A DNA stretch of 64,000 nt from Spironucleus salmonicida. Taxonomy: Eukaryota. Location of the stretch: contig NC_090602.1 of the NCBI RefSeq assembly GCF_000497125.1, positions 1,302,001 through 1,366,000 of the forward strand, given 5' to 3'. Each line of letters opens with the position of its first letter. Within the stretch, counting starts at the first letter, position 1. Under the pieces are notes generated by a model. It did no database searches, was not told where the DNA came from, and saw only the letters and a program-made list of their open reading frames with translations. Shown one piece after another: positions 10,854-24,035 of the stretch. The position numbers were made by a program, and so were the translations under genes.

Positions 10854-12074
10854 TCACTTCATTACTAGAATTTAATTAAGTTAGGCCTTCAATTCAGTAA
10901 TTATTTGTCTCTAGGATTGATAATTATCTTCCGTCCACTAAAGATTTTCTTTTAGATCAGTAATATTTTCTTTCGCTGTAGTAAGTTATTTATGAACATC
11001 TAAGTTATCGCATCTTAGCTATTAAATAAGTTTAGACTATTAGTCTTTATGAGCATTATATTCCATGCCATTAAGTTCTTCGTTTTAATGGAATTAAATA
11101 TTCTCTTCTTCCATCTTTTTAAATTTTGTTAGTTTGTATTTAACTTTTTCTCTTTCATTATAAAGATCATTTCTTAGAGCCTCATTTTATTCAGTTAGCT
11201 ACTTTTAGGATCTATCTAACAATATAACTTTTTATCGAGATTCCTCCAACTCTCTTGCAAGCCTTTATTTATTGGACCTTTCAATGTTAAGTTTTTCTTT
11301 TAATATATCAATTTCTTATTATTAATCTATAAGTTAATCTTAATTTGCAATTTAGTAAATTTTTTCCTCAACTATAACATTTCGCTACAATTACTCTTTC
11401 TGTACATCTACTTTAGTATCATTAAGCTAACTTAACAACTCAAATGTATGTGATAACTGTTTATCATTCGTTTGATTAATACTAACAAAATAATTGAATT
11501 TTGATGAAATTTGACCAGGCACTTATTAGATCTCATTTGAATCCAAACTATATATTCTAATTGTATTTACTTTTGTAATTTCCCACTATAACCCATTCTT
11601 AGTCTCTACTAACTCAAATATTTTCAAGTTTAAAAAAATTCTCATATTTATGCATTATTAAACAGCTTTAAGTTAATTAATAAAAGGTTGATCGTTTTTG
11701 AACTAAATTTCTTTCAAATTATTAATATTTTTATTTCCAGGATTAAATAAATCATCTAATGGTTATATTTAATGAGCTTATAGTGTGATAGAAAATCTAT
11801 AATCTGGATTTTTAAGTTTTTCTCGTGCAATATCTATTGCTTCAATTATTTAGCTGGATGATATTAATTTCATCTCAGGGTTTGCATGAAGTACAATTAA
11901 ATCGCTGGATTCTGTGTAAAGTTATAAAATATAATTTGCCATTATAGATGATATATCTTTCTCGATAATGACATTTGCTGACATAGAGTTTGCCATAAAA
12001 GATACTGTATTTTTATATTTCTTCCCATATGATTTGGTAACTTATAATTTAGGATCATTAATAAATATATGCAT
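10854..12074 (-). CDS. Hypothetical protein with a C-terminal coiled coil, about 406 aa
   Basis: Long frame with TAR=Gln, starts MHIFINDPKLQ; E/K/Q-rich C-terminal half; ends AAG TGA. Confidence 0.65.
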
Positions 12075-12118
12075 TTAAATCTTCAAAAAATATAATATAT
12101 AGTATAATATATAATAAG

Positions 12119-12430
12119 TCAATTGTCATCATCATCGTCATCATTTTCATTTGGCTAAACGGTGTGGAATCTACTTTTTACAGCTCTAGACTACGAAGCA
12201 TTAGATAGATTTTACTAAAAATATGCTATTTATTCATGTTTTTAGTTTTATTATGGAAATCCATTTTTGAGAACAAATTCAGCAGAATCATAATATCTCC
12301 CTTTATTAGTAGCTATACGACGTAATAAGGCAGCTCTATTAAATGGTAATCCTTTATCTTTACTTTCTTGTTCTTTTTTCTCTATTTCTCGTTGTAATTC
12401 CATAATATCTTCAGGACATGGATCAGGCAT
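12119..12430 (-). CDS. Endosulfine/ARPP-19 family PP2A-B55 inhibitor, 103 aa
   Basis: LLRRIATNKGRYYDSAEF matches the KYFDSGDY motif; CCACTCC upstream. Confidence 0.75.
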
Positions 12431-12482
12431 ATTTTTGTTGGAGTGGCAATAATTCTACAAATACAATATAATATTAAAGTAT

Positions 12483-13517
12483 TCAACCTCTCTCAATTTT
12501 TCTACCCATTGCCCTCTACTAGCTTTTACTACTCCATAGCCATAACAGGCATGTTACAATAGTTCCAAATAATACTAGACCAATACTAACAAGTTAAAAT
12601 TAACCATCGTTTCCTTACAATGGAATAGGAAGATTCATTCCCCACAAGCCAGTGAACATAGCAGCCACGTCAAGACCAACTAATACACAAGTCATATGCA
12701 GTTCAAATTTGAGTAACGAATTACGAGCCCCTTCCAAATTAAGCTCTGCTAATTAAATTCTATTATCTAGTCGTGCTTGTAATTCTTATACCTCTAATTT
12801 TAAATTCCTAACCTAGAATAAATAATTCTCTATAATATCGCTAATAATTTCTATATCTACAACTAAATGTTCTAATATGCTTGAATTTTCACTTTAACTA
12901 TCATCCTAATACTAGTTTTAAAATGCTAAATTAGCTAAATCAGATTCATTTTCTAAAAGTTTTTGTAGTGTTGACTATGCAGTCTAGGCTTCGGATTCCA
13001 CTTAGGCTAACGATTACTAACACTAAGCTAAATTCTATTATCCTACTAACGTTTCTGCTACCTTAAAGAATTGGTTTGATTAGTTTTCAATTTGATTGAA
13101 TTATAATGAGAGATTTGAGATAACGAAATGTAAAGCTGTTTCTAAAGCTAGTAGTTCAAAATGATGCTCAATTTCAGTATTTCTTTCGAGTTCTAGGATT
13201 TGATTAAAGATGGATGAAAATTTTTAATAAAAAAGTTCTGATGCGTCTTAGTATATCAAAAAAAAGGAATTTTACTTAATAATAGCGTTAATTTCCCCAA
13301 AAGATATAATAATTGCATTTTCACGTGGTTCAATTTGTTATGAGACGACTAGTAGTGTTCTAACATCACGAAGGGAAATATTAAGTTTAGTTGAAAGTTA
13401 CGACCTGGTAAAATTTTATATATCATTTATAATAACATAAGATGTCTTATAGTGTTATAAAAATTAAGTATCTGGTAGCAGAGCCGTAAATTTAACAATT
13501 TTAATATTTCGTTCCAT
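12483..13517 (-). CDS. MRS2: MRS2/CorA-family Mg2+ transporter, 344 aa
   Basis: LRDVR, IEPRENAII, FELLALE, RNSLLKFEL, GLWGMNL (GMN signature), two C-terminal TM helices. Confidence 0.92.
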
Positions 13518-13624
13518 ATTAATAATATATTAAATATATATAATATTTAAATCTATGTAAAAATATAATTATTTTAATTAACATAATAATAGCTAATTAT
13601 TAGTTTTGAACATTCCTCGCAAAA

Positions 13625-14131
13625 ATGCCGCCAAAAGCAGGAGCAGGAAACAAAGATGAGGATCCGTTTAAGGAGAAATATTTATAGGCAGAATAGCGTA
13701 TATAGGTATTAGAGCGTTAGCTCCTAGCTCGTGCCGAAGAAAATGCACGTTTAGCAGCTGAAGTTCGTAATATAGAACAGCAAGCCAAAAAATTTTCATA
13801 AGAAGTTTAGATAGAAAGAGCTGATCGTTCTGATATCACATCTGATATGACCCGTCAATTTAAAGCTATGTAGGATGAATTACTGAAAGATATTTCGGAG
13901 CGTGAAAGATCAATTGAAGCTATTCGCGCGAGTGCAGCTAAAGAAAGAATTTAACTTGAAAGCGATATGAAAGAGAAAAACGAGATAATTTAAAGAAAAG
14001 ATTAAGAAATTCTAGAACTTAAAACTAGATTAGATTAGCTTTCCAGAGAATTCTCCTCTATTTTAAGAGAAACTTTAGATACAATCAGCGATAAAATTGA
14101 ACATAAAACAGACGAAGTTAATATTATGTGA
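13625..14131 (+). CDS. CCDC153: CCDC153/DRC12-like flagellar coiled-coil protein, 168 aa
   Basis: MPPKAG..., DITSDMTRQFKAMQDEL, KDQEILELK, FSSILRETLD. Confidence 0.8.
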
Positions 14132-14148
14132 GATACGATTATTTTATT

Positions 14149-15051
14149 TCACTCTCTATTAAGAATACGATAAATACCTCTTTGCAATGAAAATGTAGAT
14201 ATTTCCGCTAGCAACTTTAGCTCCTCTGATGTCAGCTCTCTATATTATTTCTCTAGAGCAATGTTTGGATGTACATAGTAATAATCGTTTTCAAATATAT
14301 ACAGTTTTTTAAGCCCCCTACGCGCAATAACCTTTTATGATGTTGTAATGAGTGATATGGGAAATAAGGTAAATATACTACTAATATCACATATTAAAAC
14401 ATACATTCCTGGAAAATTTAAGCACACTGTTGTGAACCAGTAAAATATAGCCTTGGGGTTCATAAGAGCCTCTGCAAAATTAAGTGGCACAGTATCTTTA
14501 ATTTAAGTAAAATAGTTAATATAAAATGTAAGATCGAATTTATGTTACAGTATTAATTTAAAAAGAACTTTAGTAGATAGACCAGAGGAAAGAAACTATA
14601 CTTATACAAAATTATGTAAATCTTTGGAAAGGAAATATGAAAGAGGTATTAGAGGAATAGTGAGGAAAAGGTAAATTAATAAGTTTTTCTATGTAACCTA
14701 TCTATTTATAAATGGATTATTTAATTTAAAGTTAAATTTTTCAAAGTCTCCTTATGGGGTTATGATAAATATTTTTTAGAGATAGAAGCATAAAAAATAC
14801 AGTATGTACATAACCTTGTTTTTTTGATAATGAAAACATAACTCTGTGAAAGAACCATCTAAATTTGTACGATTCATGCACATACTCTACTCTGGAAGGA
14901 TGGCAGCAGAAATAAAAAAATAGCTGAACGCTATAGAAAGGACTGACGTGTAAGATTTTTTAATAAAAATATTCATACTGATAATTGTGATAAAAATAGT
15001 AAAAATAGTAGTCTGTACAAGCCAGAAATCTTCAGTTAAAAATTTCTCCAT
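14149..15051 (-). CDS. Multi-pass membrane protein, about 300 aa
   Basis: Open frame with several hydrophobic segments; ends GAG TGA. Confidence 0.65.
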
Positions 15052-15163
15052 TATATAGAGGAAGGAATATTAATAAAGATACTATATTATTATATTAATT
15101 TAATTATCCTTGGTTCTTTATTTTAATACATAATTTTGTATTATATATTCCTATATAGCCAAA

Positions 15164-15601
15164 ATGCACCAAAAGTTAACATTTCAGCAGAAATGCTTCC
15201 TAGCAATATTACATCCAATTACAGCAGTAAAGCTTACACTCACACATCATATGCATAAGTTAAACCTAAACTTTCTTCAATCATTTTTTTTCTACTTCAC
15301 ATCGCTAGAATCGCTATATTTCGCGAAAGAACATAAATAGGCACCACCACCACCAGCTATCTAACCGTTATTTTCATCGATTTTAACGGCATAAAGTGAT
15401 GCATTTAGCATATAAAAACACACAGCACAGAGTGTACAATTAGATTAGCTAAAGGCAGAAGTTGTAGCGGTAGGTGATTGCTCTATCGTCGAGTTATGTG
15501 AATTTGTAGTGAAAATTCATGAAATTGATGATTTAGTTGAAGGAAATTTTTCATAAAAAGGGATCTAAATGGTTGCACTATTGCATGCGTTTACGAAGTG
15601 A
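15164..15601 (+). CDS. Hypothetical protein, 145 aa
   Basis: Open frame from ATG to AAG TGA with TAR=Gln. Confidence 0.55.
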
Positions 15602-15736
15602 GTTATAGGGGTTAGTATGAGTTATAATTATATATATGAGGATTAATAACTGTAGATACTTGTTTTTTAAATTTTTGCGTTTGTTGCTTAAGAATATGTT
15701 TTTAAATTTTTAATGAAAAGTGAAGCAAAACAGTTC

Positions 15737-16132
15737 TCAGTAGTCTACAAATTTGCTCCTGAATATCTCTTCCGCCCTAGTCACATCAATATCTGTGTCG
15801 TCGGCAAATTTGATTTTCTTTTCAACCTGTTCAGATTTTGTGATGAAATACAGCATTACGCCTACCAAAATAATGAAAGAGATGAACCAGAAAGCCTTAT
15901 TAGAAGTAAGTTTTGGTGTTGTAAGCGTCCTAATTTCAACATAATCGTTAATTTTATAGTTAACTGTTTTAGTAAATTTATAGCATTTAGCATTAATGCA
16001 TGCAAACAATTTACCAGACTTCACAAAAGAGCCTGATTTAGTTGCTATATAATAGTCATGTATTTGGCTATTGTTAAATAATAGTGGAATACTTAAAATA
16101 GCCAGGCTGAGAGTAATGTATATTTGTATCAT
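15737..16132 (-). CDS. Small membrane protein, 131 aa
   Basis: ORF track; hydrophobic N-terminus and a TM segment FWFISFIILVGVMLYFI; TGA stop. Confidence 0.65.
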   Translation of the reverse strand: MIQIYITLSLAILSIPLLFNNSQIHDYYIATKSGSFVKSGKLFACINAKCYKFTKTVNYKINDYVEIRTLTTPKLTSNKAFWFISFIILVGVMLYFITKSEQVEKKIKFADDTDIDVTRAEEIFRSKFVDY

Positions 16133-16203
16133 CCTATTATTAGAGTGAAAAATTTATTATGATTAATCGTATAATAATATAATAAATATTTTTTCTTTTT
16201 AAT

Positions 16204-16851
16204 ATGCTTCGTATTGACTGTCGAAAGTAATATGATCTTAGAGACTACAAACTTTTATTTCCTTCTAGACTTGGTGTTACTATTATAGAATTAGGCCGTA
16301 CTATAGTCTAAGCTGTGGTTATAAAAGAAGAAATCCCACCTACTGCTAAAAACACTGGATAGTTTATCATAAACTCACCGTTTACACACCAGACGTAATT
16401 TTTTGTCGATAGAGTATTGAGATAGCTCTTACCGCTATCAACCCTGCAAATTACTCCAAACAAGTTAGCTTACAAAATAACCCTCACAATCACCATTCTG
16501 ACAGATGATGGATGCGCAGCTTCCGCAGCAGTCACCGCGGGATCCGCTGCCTTGCTTTCTTCGACTTTATAGGTATAATTCGTGCCAATTTGCGTATTTT
16601 TCGTCCCCTCTGCCGAATCCTCAGCTTCAGCTTCAGCCGATCCATCTATTGCCGAAGGTGAGCCGACGCTCATGATAGCCTACGACAAGTCTGGAAGCAT
16701 TTTTATGATGATTGGCGACGCAACAAACTGCGAGGAGAGCGCGATTCAAGGCATGGGGGCCAGCGCGCTCAGCGTGCAAATGGAGGACGCCGTGCAGTCC
16801 GAAATCGAGAAGAGAAGGCGCGAGCGCAGGGCGAGGTACCTCATAAAGTGA
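16204..16851 (+). CDS. Exosome core subunit, RNase PH family, 215 aa
   Basis: RIDCRKQYDLR, IIELGRTIVQAVV, ITITILTDDG-like ITILTDDGCAASAAVTAGSAALL, DPSIAE. Confidence 0.82.
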
Positions 16852-16863
16852 AATCCAGCGCGT

Positions 16864-17649
16864 TCACTGAACTAGGAAGTACGATGCCGGGAGCATAACT
16901 TTTTGGCGCGCGAACTCGCTCGCCGCGCTGCCAATTTCGCAGAGGTTTTCGAAGGTCAGCCGGCAGTCCTGCTGGAGGCGAAACAGCAAAAAGCTGCAAA
17001 ACGCATCGCCGGCCCCGACGACACTTGCGGGCTGCTGAATTTCGTCTATGAAAATTCGCTTTTTGCGACTTTGAAATTGAATTTCCACTCCATCGCTAAA
17101 AGTAGTGAAAACCGCCTTTCCGCTGAAATCCAGATTTCCGACCTTATCTTCATCTGACTTTTTGATGATTTTCACGAATTTCAATATTTAGAGCATTATG
17201 TCCGTCTGGAAATCGTTCAGCGGGGAGCGAAAATTGCAGTCGAAAATTAGGAGCGTTTCGGTGGCCAAAGATCTCAATAAGTGAAGGTTTTGAGCGTTCA
17301 AAATGGCGATTCCGCTTAAAAATACGATTTCTGGAAGACGAGGGAGTGGCGGCAGTATGAATTCAGATTTGTAAAAAGAGTAAACCGTCGTTTTTGAGTC
17401 AGAAAAGCCCACTGCTAAATTAGTTTTTTCTGTTTATTGTGGAAGTAGATTTATTTTTGCCTTTGTTAGTTGACTTTTTATGATTTGAGCCAATTAGTCA
17501 TTTCCAAGTTATGTTATAAAAACATAGTCCGCCTTGAGATAGGTGAGATTGAAAGATACATTTAGACAACCGCCGCCCGGGGAACCGTTAATCTAGGAAT
17601 TTTTGAAAATAATATCGTAATTTAGAGATCCAATAACGGTTATTTTCAT
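16864..17649 (-). CDS. PfkB-family carbohydrate kinase, 261 aa
   Basis: GSLNYD, PGGGCLNV, LGND, FDCNFR, KKSDED, VGAGDAF. Confidence 0.9.
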
Positions 17650-18465
17650 TTTATAATAATATGATATTTAGTATTTAATGTGAATAAAATATAAATATTA
17701 AGAATATGTAATAAATAAAATTACTATATAATAATTAAGTTATATCAAAAAATCGATATTATTTTTAAAGAAGTTGTTTGTTGAGTTTTATTAATAAACA
17801 ATTTAATTCTTCAATATGCTAGGATATTGATAAATATTATATACAATTACACACTATTATTTATAAACATAAATTTAGAATGTGATAGTGAAAATGGATA
17901 TTATAATATGTTAGGTTTAAGTTTACTGTTAATGGTAAATTTAAACAATCATTTTATAATGATTTTAATTAGCTGAATATGAAACAGGATATATAGAAAT
18001 TAGTAATAATAGTTAATTACTTAGCAGAATAGATTATGTGGGTATTTAGGAATTCAATCTTAGCGATGTAGGTTTCAAAATAAAATTATATACATATTTC
18101 AGAGTTTCGACGATAGAAATAGTAGCCTTTACTAATTAAATAATCAGGTATAAAAAGATATTATTTAATAATAATTTTTTTTAAAGTACAAATCACATAT
18201 AGTATTTTTATGATAAAAATAGAAGTCTAACATTTAAGATAAAGATGATTATGCTATCTTGTCAGTATAGTGTAGGTAGAATAATAATGCAGCCTTAAAA
18301 TATAATTTTATAAGCTACGATGTTTATTTAATTCTATTGCATTTAATTATAGATGTTTGTTTCTAAACAAAAGTAAACCTTTATTACTCTTATAATGCTA
18401 ACTGGTAGCAATGCGAATTTATCAGAATATAAATATATTTGACTAAGCCCCCAAACATAATATAA

Positions 18466-20421
18466 TCACTTTCTTTAGAAATTTTTCTTAATACTAGGTG
18501 CTGACGTTAATACAAAGCTATCTAGATTACCTTCGACCTAAGGAGTAGATCCACCAAGTTTTCCTTTTAATCTTTTTTAGTTTTTCAAATATTCCGACTC
18601 AGACATTGTAGAACTTCTAGTGAAAAATGATGAACCCAGGGATGTTTAAGATTAAGTTAGTAACTATGATACCATAATTTTTTGATTAGTTAAAACTTGG
18701 AGTTCAGTTTATGTTTACACGCATTTACCTTAACAAGCTATACTGTATAATTATTTTATTAATTATTTAACATCATTTGAAAGATTTTACTAATTTAATG
18801 TTTGTAAATATTATATTACTTATTAAGTATGTGGACAATAGTTTTCTTTTGTATTAGTCGATAAATCATTAAGCGTAAGGCCAGGAGAAAATAATTAGTT
18901 ATTATTATAATTTGTATCTGTATTTGGTTAACCGTTGGCTAAGTTCTACCCAGGCTAACCGTGGGCTAAGTTCTGCCCAGACTAACCGTTGACTAAGTTC
19001 TGCCCAGGCTAACCGTTGGCTAAGTTCTACCCAGACTAACCGTTGGCTAGGTTCTACCCAGACTAACCGTTGACTAGGTTCTACCCAGGCTAACCGTTGG
19101 CTAAGTTCTACCCAGGCTAACCGTTGACTAGGTTCTACCCAGACTAACCGTTGGCTAAGTTCTACCCAGACTAACCGTTGACTAGGTTCTACCCAGGCTA
19201 ACCGTTGACTAGGTTCTACCCAGACTAACCGTTGACTAGGTTCTACCCAGGCTAACCGTTGGCTAAGTTCTACCCAGGCTAACCGTTGACTAGGTTCTAC
19301 CCAGACTAACCGTTGGCTAAGTTCTACCCAGACTAACCGTTGACTAGGTTCTACCCAGGCTAACCGTTGACTAGGTTCTACCCAGACTAACCGTTGACTA
19401 GGTTCTACCCAGGCTAACCGTTGACTAGGTTCTACCCAGACTAACCGTTGACTAAGTTCTACCCAGACTAACCGTTGGCTAGGTTCTACCCAGACTAACC
19501 GTTGACTAGGTTCTACCCAGACTAACCGTTGACTAGGTTCTACCCAGACTAACCGTTGGCTAAGTTTTTGTTAAATTAGTTCCTATTTATTATAACATTT
19601 TCTTCAAACAAATTCCTTTTGTCTTATTTGGAAGATGTGATAATAAAACTAGGTATACCATCAGAAACTTATTCCAATTTAAACTAAGTACTCATGGTTT
19701 CTTTTTACTTTTATTTTGTTTATTTCTTATCATTATGCTGATGCTTTTTTTATTTAGCTATAGTATCTTTAACTTTAGTCACCTCTAGTGCAGAATCCTC
19801 ATTATCAATTACTTATTCTGTTTGGATTTAATTATCTTATTAAAGTATAATTTATTTTCCCTGTTACTATAGTTAAATTTCAAGTTACCTCACATCTTCA
19901 TATAATTATTCTTATGTCTTTAAACTAGACAAATATTAAGAATATAGGTTATCAGTTTGATCGACATTAGCGATACCATCATCTGGTTTATATAGCATAT
20001 TATTATTGTTTCTTTAATTAAGCTATTCTCTCAGATTTTAAATAATTTACGTATAATTTTTAACTGGAAATTTACTTAATGACAATATTTATTATAATTA
20101 TAATTCATAACTAGTTATAATGCTTTCCTGCATATTACATTTTTGAATAAGTGTGTTTTGATTATTTTGAACTGGAAAAGAAATATTAAAATTAGAAATA
20201 CTGTCTTGCATATACTTTAACAGTTCAATTTCTGCTGAATTTATCATTGATTAATAAATAGGAAGAATATTTTTTGGTTTTTCATGATCAGTGAGAGTGT
20301 TACAGTTTAATTTAGGTTCAAATAAAACATGCAATGGCCTATCTTATATTTATTTTCGCAAATTATAAAATATTTAAATGATTTACTTTTGAACACTTTA
20401 TGAAAAAAAACTTTAATCCAT
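18466..20421 (-). CDS. Hypothetical protein with a 9-aa tandem repeat, about 651 aa
   Basis: Same frame on both sides of the 27-bp array, which reads NL(A/V)NGQ(S/P)GQ; ends AAG TGA. Confidence 0.7.
18929..19565. repeat. 27-bp coding minisatellite, about 23-24 copies
   Basis: Unit ctaaccgttg(a/g)cta(a/g)gttctacccag(a/g), with three recurrent dimorphic sites. Confidence 0.97.
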
Positions 20422-20524
20422 TTTTTTATTATATTTATTATATACTTATATAAAATTAAAGAATTGTTATTAATAAAAACCTTATATATTAAATTACTTC
20501 ATTTAGGTTTTGGATATCTAATAA

Positions 20525-21556
20525 ATGTTCCGAGGATGTAAGGCATCTAAAAAGAACAAGTATATTGATAAATCTGTTACAAATCTATAACCTATATCGA
20601 TAGAAACATAAACAGATTACTAAATCACAACATATTTAACATAACCATTATCAATATAAAACCCATTTTCTACAACATTTACAACAAGTTATCCAGATAT
20701 TCAAGACTCATTTTCTGACCTTAGGAACTCAATATCAAATATGAAGATTAATATTTCGAATCTCGAAAAATCTAGTTTTAATACGTCGATGAGTCTCTCA
20801 AATACAATACAAACAGTTCACTAACTAACTACAAGCGACATTCCTTTATCCAGTTAAATATAGCGTTCTACAATCAGAGAATTATCAAATTCGCATTCTA
20901 ATTCAAACTCGACATTAAATTCTTCTTCGAAGTCTTTGAGAACTGCATTTTCGGCATAAAATTTATCATTACATCTATCAAAAACAGAGGCAAATAAGGT
21001 CTAGAGAAAGTTATTTAAAATATCCTAGAATATTCATAAAAATGTAGACTTTGAACCTAATATTGATATTTAAAAACCTGATTCGCAACCTACGGAAATG
21101 GGGAAAAGTTTTCAGGGTATCATGGTTTAAAATCTCGAGATAATTTAAAATGATTGGAAAAGAGATCTTTTTAAATATCTCGGACAATAATTTGAAAACA
21201 TTATAAAAGGACAAGATTTAGAATATTTTAACGGATTTTCTAATATTACTACTCTATCTTAAATTCAATAAGCAGTTGATATAGTCTAAAAATTTGATAT
21301 ATCAATATTTAATGGTCTTTCTTGCTTTGATAAATTTACTATGAAAGTTAAATTATTAACGACAAAAATTTATCTTTTAGAAGACAGAACTGTATAAGCA
21401 GCTGAATCTATTCTCATGATGCAGGATGGGGTAGTACCAAATTATGGTTGCTAAGGAGAATTTTTAGAAGGACTCAATTTGGAGCAAAGATAACTTGATA
21501 TTGATCTTAAAGAGCTTAATGTGGTAAATATTGATAAATTGTGGGGGCGGAAATGA
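20525..21556 (+). CDS. Hypothetical Ser/Thr-rich protein, 343 aa
   Basis: Open frame from MFRGCKASKK to LWGRK TGA. Confidence 0.65.
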
Positions 21557-21600
21557 TCAATTATATTTAATTATTATATGTTAAGTAAAATAAATAGTTA

Positions 21601-22041
21601 ATGTAACGAATGGACGATTTATAAAAAATTGAAATAAAATACAAAAAGAAATATGTGAAATTTACCAGTCTAACTAGTTATCAAATAAGACTTAATGAAA
21701 TCAAAAATGGGATAATTTAAATTGACTAAGAAAAACTGGACAAATTAGATAAAAGAAAATAGCTTATTCATAAATTAGAGTAGCTAAATAAACTTTCATA
21801 ATCTGAGAATATGAGTTGCAGGAGTAATATAATTAATATTAAAGAAAAACATTAGAAAAAGCATAGATCTGGAGTAAAAGTTCTATAATAGCATAAAGCA
21901 GATTAACACGAATCGATTACCAGGTTAACCAATAAATAAAAACTGAATATTACTGACATAAAAATTGATGTAAACTGGGAATCAATTATTTTAAATCGAG
22001 AGCAATAACTTTATTAAATTGTTTAATTTTTTGTTTAGTGA
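21601..22041 (+). CDS. Hypothetical protein, about 146 aa
   Basis: Frame from ATG to TAG TGA; no recognisable motif. Confidence 0.4.
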
Positions 22042-22177
22042 TTATTTAAATATGGAAATATAATTCATGCATGTTGTATCATATTGCACGTACGTAAACT
22101 GAGAAGAGACCATAAATAACTATATATTTTCCTATTTTTATATATAATAATATATTTTAACTGACATTATTATATAA

Positions 22178-22531
22178 ATGAAGTCATAAGCAATTAAAAA
22201 ACTTACCTAAGATTTAGATTGTTATGTCAGAAATTTAAGGCGATCATAGTTTCCTTAGATGAAAAATTATTTATTTGACCTTTAGGCCTCTAGTATTTAT
22301 TAACACCCGAAGGCAATTAGTGTTATTCAAATTTTGGATTAAACAAAAATTGCTAAATAAACATTACCGTAATCATCTAAAAGTTATCGTGATATTATTC
22401 CAATTCAAAAATCTAAGTCACCTACTAAATCAGTACGAATATCACTCTCAGACTGGTGTAAAGTTATAGAAAAACGAGATTCACATTTGGCATAATTAAA
22501 TATATTTATAGCATAATAATTTTCCAAATGA
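22178..22531 (+). CDS. Hypothetical protein, 117 aa
   Basis: Open frame after an AT-rich initiator-like stretch. Confidence 0.45.
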
Positions 22532-22593
22532 TGTTTTTCCAAAACATTTTAAAAGTAATATTATTATAATATTATTTAACATTCAGTTTATAA

Positions 22594-23178
22594 ATGATTC
22601 AAAATAAATAGATATCGACAGAATCATCTATTTTAGTTGATATGGATGGAACCCTTTATGATACATAATTTGAAACTAAGTTCCACGAAATTTATCCCAA
22701 TATTAAACTTACTTAGTATCCATATATTCTCCATATTGCGGAAACTTCAATGCTCGCAGCCTGCAAGGCAAGAAAGATCATATTCGACCCATAGTTTTTC
22801 TTAGATGAAACTCCCTATCAACATATGCACTCACAAATTAAAAAGTTCACCAACGAGTAAAAGGATGTTTTCATTTGCACACAGCCTGTTTAAACCTATA
22901 CAGCACCACTTGCAGAGTTTCTTAAAGTTGCTCAAATTCTCAACAGTTTTGGTTACTAATAGTCTACTAAAATATATTTTGGGGCAGATAAAACAGTATT
23001 TAAAGGTAAGTATTTGATAGATGATCACCCAGATTTTACTGAGCAAGAGGCTAGAGCAACTTGGAAATAAATTATGGTAAATTAAGAATATAATTCTAAG
23101 AAAACTAACTCACGTAGAATTGGCACCGAATCAGTAGAAGCTGATATTAAGTAAATATTCATGATTGATAATATGTGA
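22594..23178 (+). CDS. 5'(3')-deoxyribonucleotidase, NT5C/HAD family, 194 aa
   Basis: ILVDMDGTL, VFICTQP, DKTVFKGKYLIDDHP, EYN. Confidence 0.88.
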
Positions 23179-23186
23179 TGATTTTT

Positions 23187-23426
23187 TCACTTCTTAATAG
23201 AATTTTATATTTCATCAGACAACAATACGAGCTTGCTAAAGTCATCCTTTGTTAAATAAATACCTTTTGCCGTGTATTATATCTCTCCATTTTTGTCTTC
23301 GTATGTTTTTCTGATATCAATATATTTCTATTCTTTGATCTACTCATTTTTAACTATGAGATTCTTACCTAAGTCTATAATTTATTAGTTTAGTGGAGTA
23401 TTTTCCTTGAAAATCTTGCTTCTCAT
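23187..23426 (-). CDS. SUB1: PC4/SUB1 transcriptional coactivator, 79 aa
   Basis: YIDIRKTYEDKNGEIQYTAKGIYLT. Confidence 0.85.
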
Positions 23427-23459
23427 TTATAATATAATAATAATAATAATATAATAGTA

Positions 23460-23906
23460 TCACACTTCAAATTTACCAAATATTCTACAAAAATCTTAAA
23501 ATCCAATTTCCCCATTATACTAGTTTATCATTTCTTGTATTTCATCTCTATCTACCTAAACTCCCATCGATTCTAATACGAATTTAATTTCTGAAACACC
23601 TACATAACCATCACAATTTCTATCAAATGCTTTAAATATCTCTCTCCATTGCTCTTATTTAGGATGATTTAGTTTGGAATCGGCATAAATTCTGGTATAT
23701 TATGTAAAATCAATGAAATCTTCTTACATAAGTATATCTTTCATTTCATTCAATTCTTAAAGTGTGGGCTTTAATGAGCATGTATTCATTACTTTTTCAA
23801 TCTATGGTAGAGTGATCTTACCAGTATTATTAGGATCGAATACTCGGAATGAGTCTCTAATTTCTTCTAAAAAGTCAACCAATAGTTCTTGCGGAATATC
23901 GTCCAT
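23460..23906 (-). CDS. Calmodulin/centrin-like EF-hand protein, 148 aa
   Basis: EIRDSFRVFDPQNTGKI, EIFKAFDRNCDGYVGVSEIK. Confidence 0.88.
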
Positions 23907-24035
23907 TTATTAGAATTTTTATAGTATTATTATATATTTTATACAATATTGCGATATAGTTTATTTTATATATTTATCATTATAATTATATAATAAATTT
24001 TCCGTTTAAATTCTTTTTGCAGTTCCCTTTCTTTA

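Noticed and set aside
17816-18460. Partial + strand open frames in an AT-rich gap
   Set aside because: No consistent start or frame and no motif; cannot distinguish a decayed gene from chance.
18929-19565. CRISPR-like appearance of the 27-bp repeats
   Set aside because: Repeats are contiguous without unique spacers, lie inside a CDS, and the genome is eukaryotic with no cas genes.
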